Part shown: piece after piece, positions 40,800 to 54,539 of the stretch | How the letters are laid out: every line of letters begins with the position of its first letter | Position numbering within the stretch: position 1 is the first letter of the stretch | Source of the DNA: Candidatus Auribacterota bacterium | GTDB lineage: Bacteria > Auribacterota > Ancaeobacteria > Ancaeobacterales > Ancaeobacteraceae | Assembly (NCBI GenBank): GCA_022711655.1 | Contig: JAKLEM010000001.1 | Span: 33,727 to 97,726 of the forward strand | DNA: 64,000 nt | Direction of reading: 5' to 3' | Made by a program: the position numbers and the translations under genes | Notes under the pieces: model-generated | What the model was told of the DNA's origin: nothing | The model's database searches: none | What the model saw: the letters and a program-made list of their open reading frames with translations, nothing else

Positions 40800-42224
40800 A
40801 TGCTGCGGGAAAAGATCGCGAAGAACACGGCGGTGATCCTGCTCGGCGATATCGTCAATAAGCTGAGCAGTATCGTGCTGCTCTATTTCTTTTCGCGGTA
40901 TCTGGGGGCCGCCGGTTACGGGAAATTCTCGTTCGTCCTGTTCTACGTCGGCCTTTTCAGCAGCCTCACCGATCTCGGCGTGAAGTCGACGATGGTTCGG
41001 GAGCTTTCCCGCGCGCGTGACGACAGGGAGCTGTTTTTCGGCGCATCGCTGTTCCTCGCTTTCTGCGGGTCGCTTGCGGCGGTCGCTCTCTGTTCGGCCG
41101 TCGCGCTTTGCGCGGGGTATGCGCCCGACGTGCGGGTTCTCATAGCGATCGCGTCCGTGACGCTGATCGTATCGTTCAGGGACCTGACGTTCCGGCAGAT
41201 GTTCGAGGCCGTCTTCCAGGTGCAGCTCAAGATGGCCTATCCGACGTTGATCAACGCGCTCAACGAAGTCCTGGTCGTTGCCGCGTGCCTGGGAGTTGTC
41301 GCCCTGCGCGGGTCGATCGGGGCGCTGCTCGCGACGTATACATTTGCGTATGTTCCCGGTTTTATCGCGATCATGCTGTATGCAAGAAGGCTGGTGCGGC
41401 CGCGCTTCACGTTCGACCGCGCATTGCTGATCCAGATATCGCGGATGGCGCTGCCGCTGGGCGTCGCGGTCGCGCTGAGCAGCGTGTACGACAAGATCGG
41501 CGGCGTCATGCTCCGCATGATGCGCGGCGACGAGGCGGTGGGGTATTTTTCGGTCGCGTACCGCATCGCGATATCTCTAAAAGTTGTGCCGGTCGCGCTG
41601 ATGATCTCGGTGTTCCCGCTCCTGAGCGGGGCGTATCTCGAGGACAGAAAAGAGTTTTTGAAAATTCTCAGGACAACTGTTACAGTGGTGATGCTGATCG
41701 GGTTGCCGATCGCGGGAGGTTTCACGGTCTTTTCCCGAGAGATCATTACGCTCGTGTCGGGCCGGGGCTTTCTGCCGGCGTCCGGCGCGCTTGTCTTCGT
41801 GATGTGGGCGGCCGCGGTATTGTTCGTCAACCTGGTGTTCCTGTACGCGTTCGTCGCGATGAACCGCCAGAAGACCGCCATGCTGGTGTCGTGCGTGACG
41901 CTTGCGGCGAACGTCCTGGCCAACGTGTACCTTATCCCGCGGTTCAGCTATCTCGGCGCGACGGCGGCGCTGGTGCTGTCGGAATCGGCAGGCCTGCTGT
42001 GCGGCGTGCTGTTCATCAGGCGGTGCGTGAGCGAGTTTTCGCTGTCGGTCTTTCCCCGGGCGGCCGTTGCGGGCGGCGCAATGGCGGCTGCGCTGTTCCT
42101 GCCGGCGGGGCCTTTGATCCGGTTCCCGCTGGCGATGGCCGTTTTCGCGCTCGCGGCATGTGCCGCGCGTTTGGTCACGCGCGATGAGCTGCTTTTGCTG
42201 AGGTCACTGGTGCGAAAAAGATGA
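40800..42224 (+). CDS. Polysaccharide/oligosaccharide flippase (MOP superfamily, Wzx-like)
   Basis: 12-14 TM helices; N-terminal pattern typical of PST-family flippases. Confidence 0.65.
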   Translation: MLREKIAKNTAVILLGDIVNKLSSIVLLYFFSRYLGAAGYGKFSFVLFYVGLFSSLTDLGVKSTMVRELSRARDDRELFFGASLFLAFCGSLAAVALCSAVALCAGYAPDVRVLIAIASVTLIVSFRDLTFRQMFEAVFQVQLKMAYPTLINALNEVLVVAACLGVVALRGSIGALLATYTFAYVPGFIAIMLYARRLVRPRFTFDRALLIQISRMALPLGVAVALSSVYDKIGGVMLRMMRGDEAVGYFSVAYRIAISLKVVPVALMISVFPLLSGAYLEDRKEFLKILRTTVTVVMLIGLPIAGGFTVFSREIITLVSGRGFLPASGALVFVMWAAAVLFVNLVFLYAFVAMNRQKTAMLVSCVTLAANVLANVYLIPRFSYLGATAALVLSESAGLLCGVLFIRRCVSEFSLSVFPRAAVAGGAMAAALFLPAGPLIRFPLAMAVFALAACAARLVTRDELLLLRSLVRKR

Positions 42225-43780
42225 AAAAATACTTACCTGTCCTTATCCTGGCCGCGCTGGCGGGGCTGAGCGCCGCCCTTCTGACATACCGGCTCGGCAT
42301 GTTCAGCTACTGGGGCGACGAGGTCGGCAGCATCATGTATGCGCGGAACGATCTTGTGCCGATGATCAAGGTGCTCCTCAGGGAAGATGTCCATCCACCG
42401 CTGTACTACGCCATCCTCCACTGGTGGATCTCGCTGTTCGGGGAAGGCGAGGCGGCGCTGCGGTTCCTGTCGGTCATCCCCGCCGTCCTGGCTCTTTTCG
42501 TGACGTACCGCCTGGGAAGAGAGCTGTTCGGCGAGCGGGTCGCGCTCCTGACGGTCCTGCTGCTCGCCGTGTCGCCCGAGCTGCTGCTCTTCGGGCGGAT
42601 GGTCCGGTATTATTCGCTGGCGATGCTCTTCGCCGCGTGTGCGACGCTGTCGTTCTTCCGCTTTCTTCGAGACGGCAGGGCGAGGCACCTGGCCGCATAT
42701 GTGGTCTGGGCGGCGCTTCTGCTCTATACGACATATACCACGCTGTCCGTTGTTATCGCTCACAACCTGATCGTGCTGTTGTCCCTGAGGCGGAACGGCG
42801 GGGTGAGAGCGCGCCTGCTCCCGTGGTTCGCCGGACAGGCGGCGCTGGCGCTGCTTTATGCGCCGTGCATCGTCCTGTTCTGCATGATGATAGCCCGCAT
42901 GTCGCGCGAAGCGCTTCCTCCCTCCGATCTCAGTTCGGGGATCGCGGGCGTTCTGCTGAAATGCGCGTATGCGTTGTATGGTTTTTGCTGCGGCGAGACG
43001 CTGTTCCCCTGGCGCTTCGGAGTCGTCGTTCCGGTTTTCGGGGTGGTTGCGGCGGCGTTCTGGTCTGCGTGCAGGAAGCGGACGCCGGCGGTCATGCCGC
43101 TCGTCCTGCTGGTAGCCGTGCCTGTCGTTTTTACCGTGGCGATCCTGAGCAGCGTCAAGACCAGCTCGTCGTTCCTGTATACGCCGTCGCGCACGCTCTT
43201 TGCGTTGCCGTACTTCTGTATGCTCATCTCGTACGGGTTGTGCGCGCTGGACCGGCCGCGGCTGCGCGCCGCGATGGCCGCCGTGCTCGTCTTCGGCGCC
43301 GCGGTTTCGGCGCGTAATTATTTTACGGCGAGCGATGTCATTATGCCGGCCTATGTCGCTCCCTGGAGCGAGGTGCTGCGCGACATACAGCGCCGCGCCG
43401 ATCCCCAGGACATCGTCGTCGCCGAAGAGACGCGCGAGTTCCTGTATTATTATGACCGGGACAAGTACCGTTTCCGGTTCTTCGCCGACGAAGACGCCGC
43501 CCGCGATTACCTGATCCAGCGGCCGTTCGTGAAGATCTTCTATGTCAGGACCGGTCGCGACCATCAGCCGTCGGGCCTGTCGCCGTCGTTCGGCGGATGG
43601 GTCACCTCACAGTACCGTATGGTGAACCGGACCGGCTATGTGCCGGTCGACCCCGTTTACATGCGGATAAAACAACGCGCCCTCAAGCGGGCGCCCTACG
43701 CGTACAAGATCGAAGTCTTCGAATATCGCCGCAAGGACGGCGAAACGCAGATCGCTTATCTCGGGCGCGATACTCAATGA
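42221..43780 (+). CDS. GT39/GT83 family glycosyltransferase (ArnT / PMT_2-like)
   Basis: N-terminal YWGDE(V) DE-containing loop after TM1, characteristic of ArnT/PMT enzymes; polytopic. Confidence 0.7.
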   Translation: MKKYLPVLILAALAGLSAALLTYRLGMFSYWGDEVGSIMYARNDLVPMIKVLLREDVHPPLYYAILHWWISLFGEGEAALRFLSVIPAVLALFVTYRLGRELFGERVALLTVLLLAVSPELLLFGRMVRYYSLAMLFAACATLSFFRFLRDGRARHLAAYVVWAALLLYTTYTTLSVVIAHNLIVLLSLRRNGGVRARLLPWFAGQAALALLYAPCIVLFCMMIARMSREALPPSDLSSGIAGVLLKCAYALYGFCCGETLFPWRFGVVVPVFGVVAAAFWSACRKRTPAVMPLVLLVAVPVVFTVAILSSVKTSSSFLYTPSRTLFALPYFCMLISYGLCALDRPRLRAAMAAVLVFGAAVSARNYFTASDVIMPAYVAPWSEVLRDIQRRADPQDIVVAEETREFLYYYDRDKYRFRFFADEDAARDYLIQRPFVKIFYVRTGRDHQPSGLSPSFGGWVTSQYRMVNRTGYVPVDPVYMRIKQRALKRAPYAYKIEVFEYRRKDGETQIAYLGRDTQ

Positions 43781-45180
43781 CGCACAAAGACCGTTTCACC
43801 ATACCGTTCGTCTTCCTCAAGCTCTGCTGCGACGTTGCCGTTATCTACGCCGCGTTCCTCTGTTCGTTCTATATCAGGTTCCATGCCGGGCTGTTCGACT
43901 CGCCGCGGGGGATCCCTTCGCTTGGCGATTACCAGCCATTTTTCCTGCTCGGTACGCTGATGATAGTCCTTCTCTTCAGGGGCAAAGGGCTCTACCGCGG
44001 CTTCTGGCGCGGGAAATTCGCAGACGAGATCTTCGAGGTGTGCAAGGCGGTGGCCGCCGGCATTTTTGTGATGATGGCATTCAGCTTCATGTACCGCGGC
44101 TTCACCTTTTCCCGCGGCATCGTCCTGATCGCGCTCCCGCTTGAGATCGTCGCGATCACGATCGAGAGGCTGGTTATCGAGCGCTCCGAGCTGGCGCTGC
44201 GGCGCGCCCGCAGCCTGTTCACGAGGGTGATCGTCGTCGGCGCCGGCGAGCCCGCGCGGAAGATCGCAAGGGGCATACGGGACAACAAGGTGCTGGGGTA
44301 CGAGTTCAAGGGGTGTATCGCCGACGCGGCGGACGCGGGTTCCGTTCCCGGAGAACTGCAGCCGTGCCTCGGCGGGAGGGATAAGCTCGAGGCGGCGATC
44401 GCAGGGGGGGCTATCGACGAGGTCATCATGGCGGAAAAGCGGCTGACGCAGGACGAGATGATGGGCGTCGTGCTGCTGTGCGAAAAACACCTCGTCGCCT
44501 GCAAGCTGGTGCCCGGCATACTCGATCTGCTGACCAACCACCTTAACATATTGAGCATCGAGGGGGTGTCGCTCCTGGATATCCACCGTTTTCCCCTGCA
44601 GAGCCTCTGGGCGCGATCGCTGAAGCGCGCGCTGGATGTCGCGGGGTCGTTCTGCGGCCTTGTCGTCTGCTCGCCGATCTTCGCGTTCGTCGCCGCGCTG
44701 ATCAAGCTCGATTCGAAAGGCCCGGTGTTCTATCTCCAGGAGCGGTGCGGACAGGACGGGGGGACGTTCAACATCGTGAAGTTCCGCACGATGGTCGTCG
44801 GGGCGGAAAAGGAGACCGGCCCGGTCTGGGCGACCAAGGACGACCGGCGCCGCACGCGCCTCGGCGAGTTCCTTCGCAGGACGAACCTCGACGAATTGCC
44901 GCAGCTGATCAACGTCCTCAAAGGCGACATGAGCCTGGTCGGCCCGCGCCCCGAGCGGCCCCATTTCGTCGACCAGTTCAAAGAGGATATCCCCCGCTAC
45001 ATGTCCAGGCACTTCATCAAATCCGGGATGACGGGATGGGCGCAGGTGAACGGCCTGCGCGGCGATACCTCGATCGAGGAGCGCATCAAATACGACCTCT
45101 ATTACATCGAGAACTGGTCGATCTACTTCGACATCAAGATCCTCTTTCTTACCCTCTTTGCCCGCGAAAACGCATATTAA
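43777..45180 (+). CDS. Undecaprenyl-phosphate sugar phosphotransferase (WbaP/EpsB-like, priming enzyme)
   Basis: C-terminal sugar-transferase domain with KFRTM and a PRP(E) motif. N-terminal TM block plus a CoA-binding-like segment. ATGA overlap with the upstream gene. Confidence 0.8.
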   Translation: MTHKDRFTIPFVFLKLCCDVAVIYAAFLCSFYIRFHAGLFDSPRGIPSLGDYQPFFLLGTLMIVLLFRGKGLYRGFWRGKFADEIFEVCKAVAAGIFVMMAFSFMYRGFTFSRGIVLIALPLEIVAITIERLVIERSELALRRARSLFTRVIVVGAGEPARKIARGIRDNKVLGYEFKGCIADAADAGSVPGELQPCLGGRDKLEAAIAGGAIDEVIMAEKRLTQDEMMGVVLLCEKHLVACKLVPGILDLLTNHLNILSIEGVSLLDIHRFPLQSLWARSLKRALDVAGSFCGLVVCSPIFAFVAALIKLDSKGPVFYLQERCGQDGGTFNIVKFRTMVVGAEKETGPVWATKDDRRRTRLGEFLRRTNLDELPQLINVLKGDMSLVGPRPERPHFVDQFKEDIPRYMSRHFIKSGMTGWAQVNGLRGDTSIEERIKYDLYYIENWSIYFDIKILFLTLFARENAY

Positions 45181-45297
45181 CCACCTCCTCACACATTGTG
45201 CTGACGCAAGCATTCCCCGCCTGTACCGACTCTCCGATAGACATTTCCTAAAAGATTTGATAGATTTAACCGTTTTTGGGGTATAGAGGAGAGTTTT

Positions 45298-46251
45298 ATG
45301 ACTCACAAAGGCAAAATTCTCGATTTCAGCAAGATAAAGACCTATCCGCTGCGCGAGCGGGAGAATAAGGTGAAGCGCGAGGATTTCGCGCTGGCGCAGA
45401 AACGGGACGGCAAGTTCGGCGATTTTCTGAGCGGACTTCCCAAGATACTCGCCGCCAATGATTTCCGTTCGATCGTCCAGGCGATAATCAACGCCCGCAA
45501 GCAGCAAAAGCCGGTTATTTTCGCGATCGGCGGACACGTGATCAAATGCGGCGTCGGCCCGATACTGATCGACCTGATGCAGCGGGGTATCGTCACGCAC
45601 CTGGCCATGAACGGGTCGGCCGCGGTGCACGACTTCGAGATAGCGATGATCGGCCAGACGTCCGAGGACGTGGCGTCCAGCCTCCGAGACGGCACGTTCG
45701 GCATGGCCGAAGAGACGGGCCGGTTGATGAACAACGCGCTCCGCAGCGGCGTGAAGCAGGGGCTCGGCGCGGGCCAGGCTTTCGGCGAGATGATCCTCAA
45801 GGGCGACTTCCGTTTCAAGGAGCTGAGCGTCCTGTCCCGCGCGATCGAATGCGGCGTCAGCGCGACGGTCCACGTCGCGATCGGGACCGACATCATCCAT
45901 CAGCATCCCGCCGCAGACGGGGCGGTTATCGGCGAGGCGACGTTCAAGGATTTTCAGCTGTTCTGCGGGTCGGTGAGCCAGATGGGGGCGGGCGGCGTGT
46001 TCTGCAACGTCGGCAGCGCCGTGGTCATGCCGGAGGTATTCCTGAAGGCGCTGTCGATCAGCCGGAACCTCGGGTATCCGCTGAAGGGCTTCGTTACGGC
46101 TAATTTCGACATGATCTATCAGTACCGTCAGAGGGAGAACGTGGTGCGCAGGCCGCACGGGGACGACGCGAAAGGGTACGTGATCATCGGGCACCATGAG
46201 ATCATGTTGCCGCTCCTTGCCCGTGCCGTCATCGACAAACTCGATTCCTAA
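45298..46251 (+). CDS. Conserved protein, possibly deoxyhypusine-synthase-like fold (uncertain)
   Basis: Weak motif resemblance to DHS (IVTHLAMNGSAAVHDFE against TTAGGIEHD; AIGTDIIHQH against GGGVxKHH). Strong GAGGAGA RBS. Function not established. Confidence 0.3.
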   Translation: MTHKGKILDFSKIKTYPLRERENKVKREDFALAQKRDGKFGDFLSGLPKILAANDFRSIVQAIINARKQQKPVIFAIGGHVIKCGVGPILIDLMQRGIVTHLAMNGSAAVHDFEIAMIGQTSEDVASSLRDGTFGMAEETGRLMNNALRSGVKQGLGAGQAFGEMILKGDFRFKELSVLSRAIECGVSATVHVAIGTDIIHQHPAADGAVIGEATFKDFQLFCGSVSQMGAGGVFCNVGSAVVMPEVFLKALSISRNLGYPLKGFVTANFDMIYQYRQRENVVRRPHGDDAKGYVIIGHHEIMLPLLARAVIDKLDS

Positions 46252-46267
46252 CGCATACAGGGGTGTC

Positions 46268-47254
46268 ATGAAGACGATTCCGTTGAAGAGGTTGCAGCAG
46301 ATCTTGTCCCGTTTTTCCAAGGCGAGGATACTTGTCGTCGGAGACGTTATGCTCGACCAGTTCATCTGGGGGCAGGTGACGCGCATATCTCCGGAGGCGC
46401 CGGTGCCTGTGGTGAAGGTCGTCCGTGAGTCGTTCATGCCGGGCGGGTCGGCGAACGTGGTCAAGAACATCCACGCGCTTGGCGCGTCGGTATACGTCGC
46501 GGGGGTCATCGGGAACGATCACGCGGGGGAGACGCTCAAGCAGGCGCTCAGCCTCGGCCGCATCAACACCGACGGCCTTATCGTCGACAAGGACCGCTCG
46601 ACGATCCTGAAGACGCGGGTCATCGCGTCGCATCAGCAGGTCGTGCGGGTCGATCGCGACGGGAAGCCGATCGTCGAGAACGAATATATCGAGCGGATCA
46701 TCAAGTATGTCGGCAGAGTTATCGAAAAGGTCGACGGCGTTATCATCGAGGATTACGGCAAAGGGGTGATCACGCAGGAGCTTGTCGATGCGATCGTACG
46801 GCTCGCGCGCGCGCACGGCCGCGTGACGTCGGTCGACCCGAAGGACGGCCATTTTCTCGATTACAGCGGCGCCACGGTCGTGACGCCCAACCACCACGAG
46901 GCCTTCTCCGCCGCGCGCCGTATCGAGACCGAAAAGAACGGGCTCGACGAGGTCGGCAGGCTGCTCTTGCGGAAGTGGAACTGCGAGAATGTCCTGATCA
47001 CCTGCGGCGAGGACGGGATGTGCCTGTTCGAGAAGAACAAGGAATCGTTCAAGATACCGACTGTCGCGCGCGAAGTGTTCGACGTGTCCGGCGCCGGCGA
47101 CACGGTCATTTCCGCGTTCACGACCTGCCTGGCGAGCGGCGCGACGCTCAGGGAATCGGCGATCATATCGAACTACGCCGCCGGAATAGTGGTCGGCAAG
47201 CTCGGCACGGCGACGACGTCATGCGACGAGATCGCCGCGGCGATGAAGAGGTAA
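46268..47254 (+). CDS. hldE: D-glycero-beta-D-manno-heptose-7-phosphate kinase (RfaE/HldE domain I only)
   Basis: PfkB-family kinase with ILVVGDVMLDQFIWG and DVSGAGDT motifs. No fused adenylyltransferase domain. Confidence 0.8.
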   Translation: MKTIPLKRLQQILSRFSKARILVVGDVMLDQFIWGQVTRISPEAPVPVVKVVRESFMPGGSANVVKNIHALGASVYVAGVIGNDHAGETLKQALSLGRINTDGLIVDKDRSTILKTRVIASHQQVVRVDRDGKPIVENEYIERIIKYVGRVIEKVDGVIIEDYGKGVITQELVDAIVRLARAHGRVTSVDPKDGHFLDYSGATVVTPNHHEAFSAARRIETEKNGLDEVGRLLLRKWNCENVLITCGEDGMCLFEKNKESFKIPTVAREVFDVSGAGDTVISAFTTCLASGATLRESAIISNYAAGIVVGKLGTATTSCDEIAAAMKR

Positions 47255-47312
47255 CGTACGCCCGCGCGCATTCGATAGGGTCGCGGGCCACCAGTTGCGG
47301 GTAGCGTGTTGT

Positions 47313-47833
47313 ATGTCGGACAGAGCGGTATTTCTCGATCGCGACGGCACGATCAACGTCGATTACGGGTATGTCGGCAAGACCGACACGTTCACGTTCC
47401 TGCCGCGTGTTCGTGAAGCGCTGGTATTGTTGCAGGGCAGGGGCTTTAAGCTGTTCGTCATCAGCAACCAGTCAGGGGTCAACCGCGGTTATTACACGCA
47501 CGAAGACCTGCAGGCGGTGCACGACAAGATGGTCTCCGAGTTGGGGCGCTCCGGCGTTACGTTCAGCGACGTCTTCTACTGCGTCCACCGGCCCGACGAG
47601 AAATGCGAGTGCCGGAAACCGTCGCCGAAAGCGGTTCGGGATATCGCGGCGCGTTTCGGCATAGACCTCCGCCGGTCGTATTTTGTCGGCGACAGGGAGA
47701 CGGATATTCAGACGGGGAAGAACGCCGGCACAAGAACGGTGCTGCTGTCGACGGGGCCCGCGGCCATCGCCTGCGATCACCGCGCGGCCGACCTGTACAG
47801 CGCCGCGGAGTGGATCATCGGAGACGCGAAGGT

Positions 47834-47837
<4 letters not shown>
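47313..47837 (+). CDS. gmhB: D-glycero-D-manno-heptose 1,7-bisphosphate phosphatase
   Basis: HAD motif FLDRDGTIN and a Cys-rich zinc site (CxHx..CxCRKP). Confidence 0.8.
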
Positions 47838-51072
<3,235 letters not shown>

Positions 51073-51097
<25 letters not shown>

Positions 51098-52089
51098 AGA
51101 AGGGTGTTGATATGTCAAAACTGACTGACGTGCGGTCGTCAAACGACATCGCGAAAATGGTCCTGCAGATCGAGGCGGAGGCGGTCGCTTCGATCGCGAA
51201 CCACCTGGACGACAACTTCGAAAAGGCGATCGATATCCTGCTGAGCTGCCGCGGGCGCGTGATCGTGACCGGGATGGGGAAGCCGGGCATCATCGGCAGG
51301 AAGATATCGGCGACGCTCGCCAGCACCGGCACGCCGTCGTTGTGGCTTCATCCCGCAGAGGCGGTGCACGGCGACCTTGGGATGGTGGTCAAGGACGACG
51401 TGGTTATCGCGATATCGAACAGCGGCGAGACCGACGAGATCAAGAAGCTGCTGCCGACGATCAAGAAGATCGGCGCGAAGCTGATCGCCTTCACGGGGAA
51501 CCTGAAATCGACGCTGTCCGAATACAGCGACGTGACGCTTTACGTCGGCGTCGAGAAAGAGGCGTGTCCCTTCGATCTCGTTCCGACGGCAAGCACGGTG
51601 GCTGCCCTCGCGCTCGGCGACGCGATCGCGATCGTCCTGATGCAGAAACGCGGGTTCCGGCCTGAGGAGTACGCCTTCTATCACCCCGGCGGGGCGCTCG
51701 GTAAACGGCTGCTGCTCACGGTCGGGGACATCATGCGGACCGGCGCCGATATACCGCTCGTCACCGAAGAGACGCTGATCAAGGACGTGCTGTTCGCGAT
51801 CACCGATGCGCGCGCGGGCGCGGCGGTAGTCGTCGACGGAGACAAGCAGCTGATAGGGATATTCACCGACGGCGACCTCCGGCGGTCGATCGAAAAGGAG
51901 CCGAACGTCGGCGCTATGAAGGTGTCGTCGTTCATGACTCGCCGCCCGATCACCATGACACCGGACAAGCTTGCCACCGAGGCGCTCCGTATCATCAAGG
52001 AGCGCAGGATCGACGAGCTGATCGTGGTAGACAAGGACGGCCACCCGATAGGCATCGTCGACGAGAAAGACCTCCTCGGCCTCGGCTGA
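51073..52089 (+). CDS. kdsD: Arabinose-5-phosphate isomerase (SIS + tandem CBS)
   Basis: SIS domain motif GRVIVTGMGKPG and a C-terminal CBS pair. The start could alternatively be MSKLTD at 51112. Confidence 0.8.
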
Positions 52090-52114
52090 TGCGCCACGCA
52101 GAAAGGATGTTCCC

Positions 52115-52639
52115 ATGAGCGAGCACGCGGCAAAATTGAAGAAGGTCAGGATCTTTGTGACGGACGTCGACGGTGTGCTCACCGACGGCCGGTTTATCCT
52201 CGACTACGCGGGGAAAGAGCTGAAGATGTTCCATGTGCACGACGGCGCAGCCGCCAAACTGGCCGCTTCGGTCGGCTTCCAGACGGTGCTGGTGTCCGGG
52301 AGGCGGTCCGAGGTGGTCGAGCGCCGGGCGAAAGAGCTCGGCATCCGCCAGGTATATCAGGAAGCGGACGACAAATGGAAGGTCGTGCAGGAGTTCATGC
52401 ATAAGGAGCGTATCGGCGCCGATACGATATGCTATATCGGCGACGACCTCGCAGACCTGCCGGTGCTCCGGCGCGTCGGCTTTTCCGTGGCGGTGGGCAA
52501 TGCGGTCCCCGAGGTGAAGAAGGCCGTCGATTACGTGACGGAGCGCTGCGGCGGCGACGGGGCGTTCCGCGAGGTTGTCGAGCTGGTCTTCAAGGCGCAG
52601 GGGCGTTGGAAAGAGATCGTCGAACGCTATACGACATAA
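52115..52639 (+). CDS. kdsC: KDO 8-phosphate phosphatase
   Basis: HAD-IIIA motifs (FVTDVDGVLTDG, YIGDDLADLP). Confidence 0.8.
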   Translation: MSEHAAKLKKVRIFVTDVDGVLTDGRFILDYAGKELKMFHVHDGAAAKLAASVGFQTVLVSGRRSEVVERRAKELGIRQVYQEADDKWKVVQEFMHKERIGADTICYIGDDLADLPVLRRVGFSVAVGNAVPEVKKAVDYVTERCGGDGAFREVVELVFKAQGRWKEIVERYTT

Positions 52640-52661
52640 GCCTCATACCGGTCAAACCGCC

Positions 52662-53585
52662 GTGAAGAACAAGTTCCACCGAAAGATCCTGTATGCCGGC
52701 CTGCGCGTCCTGATCGCCGTCGCCCGGGTGGTTCCGCGGCGCGCTTTGCTGCGTTGCGCTTCGGCCGCCGGTTCGGGCGTCTTCAGGCTGCTGCGCAAAG
52801 AGCGCGAGAAGACGCTCCGCAACCTTCGGTCGGTTTTTGCCGCGGAGAAGACTGAGCAGGATATCGTGCGGATCGGCTGCGCCGTATTCGTCAATTTGGC
52901 GAAGAACCTGGCCGAGTGGATACTCCTCGACCGCATGACGGAAGGCGAGCTCGGCCGGCTGGTCGAGATCCGCGGCCGCGAACATATAGAAGGGGTTCTC
53001 GCGCGCGGCAAAGGTGTGCTGGTGTTGACCGCGCACATCGGCAACTGGGAGTTCCTCGCCGCCTATGTCGCCCTCTTTATCAGGCACGGCGGCGTTATCG
53101 GGCGCAAGGTGTACGTCGAGGCATACGACCGGTTGCTCGTTGAAATGCGCCGGAAGAAGAGGGTTGAGACGTTCTACAGCACCGATTCGCCGAAACGTAT
53201 TTTACAGATGCTGAAGGCGAACTGCGTGATCGGGGTCCTGCCGGACCAGGACGTCGGGTATCTGAACGGTGTTTTCGTCGATTTTATGGGACGGCCGGCC
53301 TACACGCCGACCGGGCCGGTGGCGCTGGCGCTGGCGAGCGGGGCGGATATCGTCCCGGCGTTCCTCATCAGGCAGCCTGACGACCGGTACGTCATCCATG
53401 TCGAGCCCCCGGTCGGCATCGCCGCTTCGGGCGATAAGAAGAGCGACCTGCTGGAATATACGGCGCGGTGGAGCGGCGTGTGCGAGAAGTACATACGCGC
53501 CTATCCCGAACAGTGGGTGTGGATGCATAACCGATGGAAGACCAAGCAGCCCGCCGTTGCCGCCCGGACCGGCGCCGGACGGTGA
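52662..53585 (+). CDS. Lipid A biosynthesis acyltransferase (LpxL/HtrB family)
   Basis: HIGNWE catalytic HX4E motif, single N-terminal TM, C-terminal PEQWVWMHNRWK. GTG start at 52662. Confidence 0.65.
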   Translation: MKNKFHRKILYAGLRVLIAVARVVPRRALLRCASAAGSGVFRLLRKEREKTLRNLRSVFAAEKTEQDIVRIGCAVFVNLAKNLAEWILLDRMTEGELGRLVEIRGREHIEGVLARGKGVLVLTAHIGNWEFLAAYVALFIRHGGVIGRKVYVEAYDRLLVEMRRKKRVETFYSTDSPKRILQMLKANCVIGVLPDQDVGYLNGVFVDFMGRPAYTPTGPVALALASGADIVPAFLIRQPDDRYVIHVEPPVGIAASGDKKSDLLEYTARWSGVCEKYIRAYPEQWVWMHNRWKTKQPAVAARTGAGR

Positions 53586-53592
53586 GAACAGG

Positions 53593-54042
53593 ATGGTCAG
53601 GATGATCAAGGTACCGATTAAGACAATACTCGTGCTGAGTGCGCTGGCAGCTGCCGTTTCCACTGCGTGCGCAAAAGACGAATTTCGCGGCACCCTGAAA
53701 GGGTTTACGTTCGAGGTGCCGAATAAGAACGGCGGACGCTGCGCGCTGATAGACGGGAATAACGCCACGACACTCTCCGGCGGGCAGGTCGAGATCACCG
53801 ATATCAAGACCAAGATCTTTTGCGAGGACGGGCGGGAAGTCGACGTGACGTCCCCCCGCGCGGTTTTCAATAAAAATACCCGCGATGTCACTACCGATGC
53901 GCCGGTCAGGGTCGTCACCAGGGACATGATCATCGACGGTATCGGGCTTTTTTGGAATCCGAATAATAAGTTGATTGAAATAAAGGAGAATGTTAAAGTA
54001 GAACTGACGGTCGAGCAGGACGGGAAAGGGTTGTTGCAATGA
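53593..54042 (+). CDS. lptC: LPS export protein LptC-like
   Basis: Small N-terminally anchored beta-jellyroll-type protein immediately upstream of lptA-lptB; positional and size evidence. Confidence 0.55.
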   Translation: MVRMIKVPIKTILVLSALAAAVSTACAKDEFRGTLKGFTFEVPNKNGGRCALIDGNNATTLSGGQVEITDIKTKIFCEDGREVDVTSPRAVFNKNTRDVTTDAPVRVVTRDMIIDGIGLFWNPNNKLIEIKENVKVELTVEQDGKGLLQ

Positions 54043-54539
54043 TTTGTTTCGTACGCATTATCAGTGTGTTATGTTTTATCTTCGCGTGCGGCGACGCCTG
54101 CTTTTCAGCCGAAAAGACGGCTGCTGCTCCGGGTGTCGCCAAGCAGCCGACCGTTATTACGGCCGACGGAGGATTGTATCTCGATTACACGAAGAATATA
54201 GCCCTGTTCAAGCAGAACGTGGTGGTTAAAGACGCGCAGGGTTTTATGAAGGCCGATGAAATGAAGGTCTATTTCGACCCCAAAGGGTCGGCCATCAGCA
54301 AGATCGAGGCGTTCGGCAATGTGTCGATCGACCAGACCGGGCGCCAGGCGGAAAGCCAGAAGGTCGTGATGTATATGAACGAAGGCAAGATTGTGCTGAC
54401 CGGCGATCCCCGGATCAAGCAGGGGACCGACACGTACAGCGCGGAGAAGATCACGATATTCAAAAAGACCAACCAGATAATCTTTCAGCCGAAGGCCAAG
54501 CTGATCATCTATCAGGACGGGAAAGGGGATATTTTTTGA
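54039..54539 (+). CDS. lptA: LPS export periplasmic protein LptA (OstA-like)
   Basis: Signal peptide; OstA-N-like repeats; ATGA-coupled to lptB. Confidence 0.7.
   Translation: MICFVRIISVLCFIFACGDACFSAEKTAAAPGVAKQPTVITADGGLYLDYTKNIALFKQNVVVKDAQGFMKADEMKVYFDPKGSAISKIEAFGNVSIDQTGRQAESQKVVMYMNEGKIVLTGDPRIKQGTDTYSAEKITIFKKTNQIIFQPKAKLIIYQDGKGDIF

Noticed and set aside
43774-46509. 911 aa minus-strand ORF
   Set aside because: Antisense to the WbaP-like phosphotransferase, the DHS-like gene and the heptose kinase. It has no motifs and an Arg/Asp/Leu-biased composition, a high-GC artefact.
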